IMG/VR virus record: IMGVR_UViG_3300033070_001583
Location: 1-64,000 of that record
Direction: 5' to 3' (one strand)
Source: a virus
Lineage: Duplodnaviria; Caudoviricetes
DNA length: 64,000 nt
The notes below the pieces were generated by a model. It saw only the letters and a list, made by a program, of their open reading frames with translations, did no database searches and was not told where the DNA came from. Every line of letters begins with the position of its first letter. Within the stretch, counting starts at the first letter, position 1. Below, one piece after another: positions 61,502-64,000 of this stretch. The translations under genes were made by a program, and so were the position numbers.

Positions 61502-62742
61502 CGAACGTAAAAATAACAGATCTGCCATCCGCATCGCTTCCGCTATCTGATGCAGAAATAGCCGTACTTGTACAGTCTGGTGTAACAAAACAAGTAAGCG
61601 TATCAAATTTTGGTAGCGCATCTTTGGCAGCGCATATTGCGGCGTCAGATCCGCATACTGTTTATGCGCTAACAGCATCGCTAGCTGGTACGATCAACCA
61701 AGCAATGATTGCTCACAATTCTGCATCGAATCCCCATACGCAGTATGTACTGACGAGCTCACTTCCAATTAACAATTTTCTTGCAGTTACGCCTCCAACC
61801 GTTTCTAATGACAGTACGCAAGGATATACGACTGGATCACGATGGATTGACGTGAGCGGTTCTCTTGCATGGACGTGTCAAAGCGCCGCCGCGGGCTCGG
61901 CTAACTGGATCTTGAATGGATCCAGAGCAAACGTGTACACAGTTCCGGGATCGTATACGTGGACAAAACCCGCTTACGCAAGATCAGTAGAAGTCGTAAT
62001 GATAGGAGGCGGCGGGGGCGGGGGATCAGGAAGACGCGGTCTTGCAGGTACGGTGCGCTCCGCTGGAGCCGGCGGTGGAGGAGGAGGAAGATCTGAGACT
62101 ACGATTCCTGCATCTGCGCTAGGAGCGACTGAAACGGTAATCGTCGGAATAGGTGGTCCTGGTGGAGCTGCGATTGCAGTTGACTCTACAAACGGTGCTG
62201 CTGGTACTGCCGGAGGTACATCAAGTTTTGGAACAGGCACGACTATTGTGCGTGCAACTGGAGCCTTCGGCGGGGGTGGCGGTACCGCCGTAGCCGTAGC
62301 GGGTGGTACTGCTGGAGTAGGAGAGCTCGCCGGCGCGGCTGGTGGAGGATCAAGCGCAACTGGAGCTGCAGGTACTGTTGGAGCAGCGAGCCCCGGCGGA
62401 GGAAGCGGTGGTGGCGGGGGCGGAGGAATCACGACCGCAAACGTAGCAAGCGCCGGCGCTGCCGGCGGAGCTCGAGCAACAATGTGGGGATCTACGACTG
62501 GAGGTACTGCTGGCGGGGCTGGAGTTGCCGGTGGGGCCGGCCCATCTGCGGCGGTTGGATATCCCGCCGGTGGGGGCGGTGGAGGAGGGGGGGGAGCTGC
62601 GCTAGCAGCTCCAGCAGCCGCTGGTGGTACTGGAGGGAACTACGGTGCAGGCGGTGGAGGAGGAGGAGCTAGCGAAAATGGTTTCGCATCTGGAGCTGGC
62701 GGCGCTGGCGCCGGCGGAATTGTTGTCGTTATCTCATGGTAA
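61498..62742 (+). CDS. Glycine-rich tail fibre-like protein
   Basis: MTNVKITDLP fibre start; VYTVPGSYTWTKP...VEVVMIGGGGGGG...GAGGIVVVISW Gly-rich domain. Confidence 0.8.
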   Translation: MTNVKITDLPSASLPLSDAEIAVLVQSGVTKQVSVSNFGSASLAAHIAASDPHTVYALTASLAGTINQAMIAHNSASNPHTQYVLTSSLPINNFLAVTPPTVSNDSTQGYTTGSRWIDVSGSLAWTCQSAAAGSANWILNGSRANVYTVPGSYTWTKPAYARSVEVVMIGGGGGGGSGRRGLAGTVRSAGAGGGGGGRSETTIPASALGATETVIVGIGGPGGAAIAVDSTNGAAGTAGGTSSFGTGTTIVRATGAFGGGGGTAVAVAGGTAGVGELAGAAGGGSSATGAAGTVGAASPGGGSGGGGGGGITTANVASAGAAGGARATMWGSTTGGTAGGAGVAGGAGPSAAVGYPAGGGGGGGGGAALAAPAAAGGTGGNYGAGGGGGGASENGFASGAGGAGAGGIVVVISW

Positions 62743-62773
62743 CACCTATATAATACTCGGGAGATCATAGATC

Positions 62774-63040
62774 ATGGCAGCATTGGGAGATATTGTAAAG
62801 TTTACACTGACGGTTGAAAGTGCATTGCTCGACCGCCCTGCAATTGTGATGGACGCAATGGGCGATACACTTCAACTGATGGTGTTTGTTGACGGATTGG
62901 CTGATTCGACCGGTCTTGAAGAGAACGAAAAGATCGAAAATCAGCCTGCAGTTGGCGGAAATAACGTACCAGTCAAGTGCGTTATGAGATCATCTGTTTC
63001 AAAGAACCTCACGCAGACAGCCGGGTGCTGGCGTCCCTTA
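62774..63040 (+). CDS. Small phage beta-barrel-like protein (88 aa, TTA stop)
   Basis: RPAIV...LQLMVFVDG...SSV...GCWRP then TTA; I recall this phage family ending at G.W..P. Confidence 0.6.
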
Positions 63041-63060
63041 GACGCTAGAGAGTCTCGCTT

Positions 63061-63109
63061 CTTAAATGCACAATGGGACTTCGAATCGAAGTCCCATTGT
63101 GCATTTAAG
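63061..63109. terminator. Perfect 24-bp inverted repeat with 1-nt spacer; probable bidirectional terminator or cruciform
   Basis: CTTAAATGCACAATGGGACTTCGA-A-TCGAAGTCCCATTGTGCATTTAAG between convergent genes. Confidence 0.75.
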
Positions 63110-63113
63110 CCTC

Positions 63114-63962
63114 TAATCTGAACTTGCGTCTCTTACCCGTTGGATGAATCAGGATGAGATCATTCGAGAAACAGACAGATCCGTCAATCTGAGCTCCTTC
63201 TGGTATGACAGAGTCCAAATCGAGAGCGCATCCGCTTCCATCTGTCACGTCGCAGTAAATGTCCCAGCTGTAAGCGCAGGACCACTCTACGAATTCAGCA
63301 TCTGTGAGGTGATACTCATGCTTGTCTTGAAGCTTATTTAGCAGCACGTCAATCAGTCTGTTAAGCTTCGTTCCAGTCAGACGTAGCCCACTGTATGCCG
63401 CAGGGTCTCCAGCGAGATACGAGTCATTCGCGAGCTTATCTGTGTTCCTTCTTGTTGCAGGGACATATTGCGCATTTTTGAGACGGTCCGGAGGATTAAA
63501 CATATGCGTTGTCGCAATCCCACGACCAGAAGTTTTGAACTCAGGCACCCAGACAGTACCTGCCGGAGAGAGATAGTTCTGATGCGTCTCATACGTGCCC
63601 TTTGAGCGTGTTACTGAATCGATGAGACTGGAAAGCTTATTCAAGAAAGTTTCAGCAGGCAAGAGATCTGTTTCAAGATCTTGATTCATTGAAAAATTCA
63701 ATGTATATGAAACTTTGTCATAATTGCCAGCAGGTCTCTTCTCTTCAAATCCGGTGTGTAGGTAGTAAGTGTATCCTGCAGCGTCAAGAGCTTTATTTAC
63801 GATCTGTTGGAACGTGTTCTCGTCAATCGTAATGAGACGTTTCGGTAGTCTCTCGGCAGCTGCAAGAATCTCTTGAAAATACTTACGACGAGCCCATACA
63901 TCGTCTCCAGCTTGCCCAGGTGGTTCTGATTCGAGAATCAGATTCTTTAGTGTATGATTCAT
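63114..63962 (-). CDS. Hypothetical protein with LKNLILE N-terminus (282 aa, TTA stop)
   Basis: Ends ILIHPTGKRRKFR then TTA. Confidence 0.65.
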
Positions 63963-64000
63963 TTGTAGCTCTTCTTTCTTCCTGTTGGTGATGTAATCAC
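63959..64000 (-). CDS. C-terminal end of an upstream probable paralogue (partial)
   Basis: VITSPTGRKKSYK-TGA; ATGA overlap with the next gene. Confidence 0.6.
   Translation of the reverse strand: MITSPTGRKKSYK

Noticed and set aside
61990-62720. High-GC stretch as a foreign island
   Set aside because: Explained by Gly/Ala codons of the glycine-rich fibre.
9091-63116. Enrichment of back-up canonical stops after TTA
   Set aside because: 10 of 19 have one within 7 codons, which is not clearly above chance for AT-rich intergenic DNA without a formal test.
1-64000. TTA as merely a rare Leu codon (bldA-like avoidance)
   Set aside because: It could explain interior depletion but not 19 terminal placements, TTATG coupling, two shared TTA/TAA triplets or the paralogue alignment. 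Disfavoured, but not formally excluded without proteomics.
1-64000. TAG or TGA readthrough recoding (codes 15/4/25) known from other large phages
   Set aside because: Genes are not fragmented, and many end at TGA in ATGA overlaps or at TAG/TAA.
1-64000. CRISPR array, tRNA/rRNA, DGR template/variable repeats, integrase or transposase
   Set aside because: None recognised by eye. A tRNAscan/Infernal run is still needed, but intergenic gaps are mostly too short.
1-64000. Eukaryotic giant virus or organellar origin, given that UUA-stop is known from a mitochondrial code
   Set aside because: Shine-Dalgarno sites, sigma70-like genes, ATGA coupling and gp25/gp6/gp5-like baseplate genes indicate a bacterial contractile-tailed phage.

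Overview
A 64-kb, densely coding fragment (about 43% GC by eye) of a large contractile-tailed (jumbo myovirus-like) bacteriophage; host unknown. Left arm (minus strand): a fused SbcD-SbcC (Mre11-Rad50) protein, primase, RuvC-like resolvase, TnsA/gp4-like nuclease, a block of large virion proteins, PhoH, ClpP and a degenerate GroEL-like protein. Centre (plus strand): a ~16-kb glycan-synthesis island (about 9 glycosyltransferase genes, 2 SAM methyltransferases, a radical SAM enzyme, UDP-galactopyranose mutase), a Cas4-like nuclease and a sigma-like factor. Right arm: baseplate and tail genes (gp5-like spike, gp25, gp6/J, LamG, collagen and Gly-rich fibres), small Zn-ribbon genes and an MT-A70 methyltransferase. 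Main result: the genome appears to use TTA (UUA) as a fourth stop codon. A hand scan found no in-frame TTA inside any of about 65 credible genes (roughly 20,000 codons), although TTA is common out of frame and TTG/CTA are freely used. In 19 genes the first in-frame TTA sits at or near the natural C-terminus: often 1-3 nt before, or overlapping, the next ATG; twice as the exact reverse complement of the convergent gene's TAA; once at the same position as a paralogue's TGA. CDS coordinates below use the TTA stop where it applies, so several differ from the supplied standard-code ORF track. I recognised no tRNA, rRNA, CRISPR array or mobile element. All family calls rest on motif recognition, not database searches.
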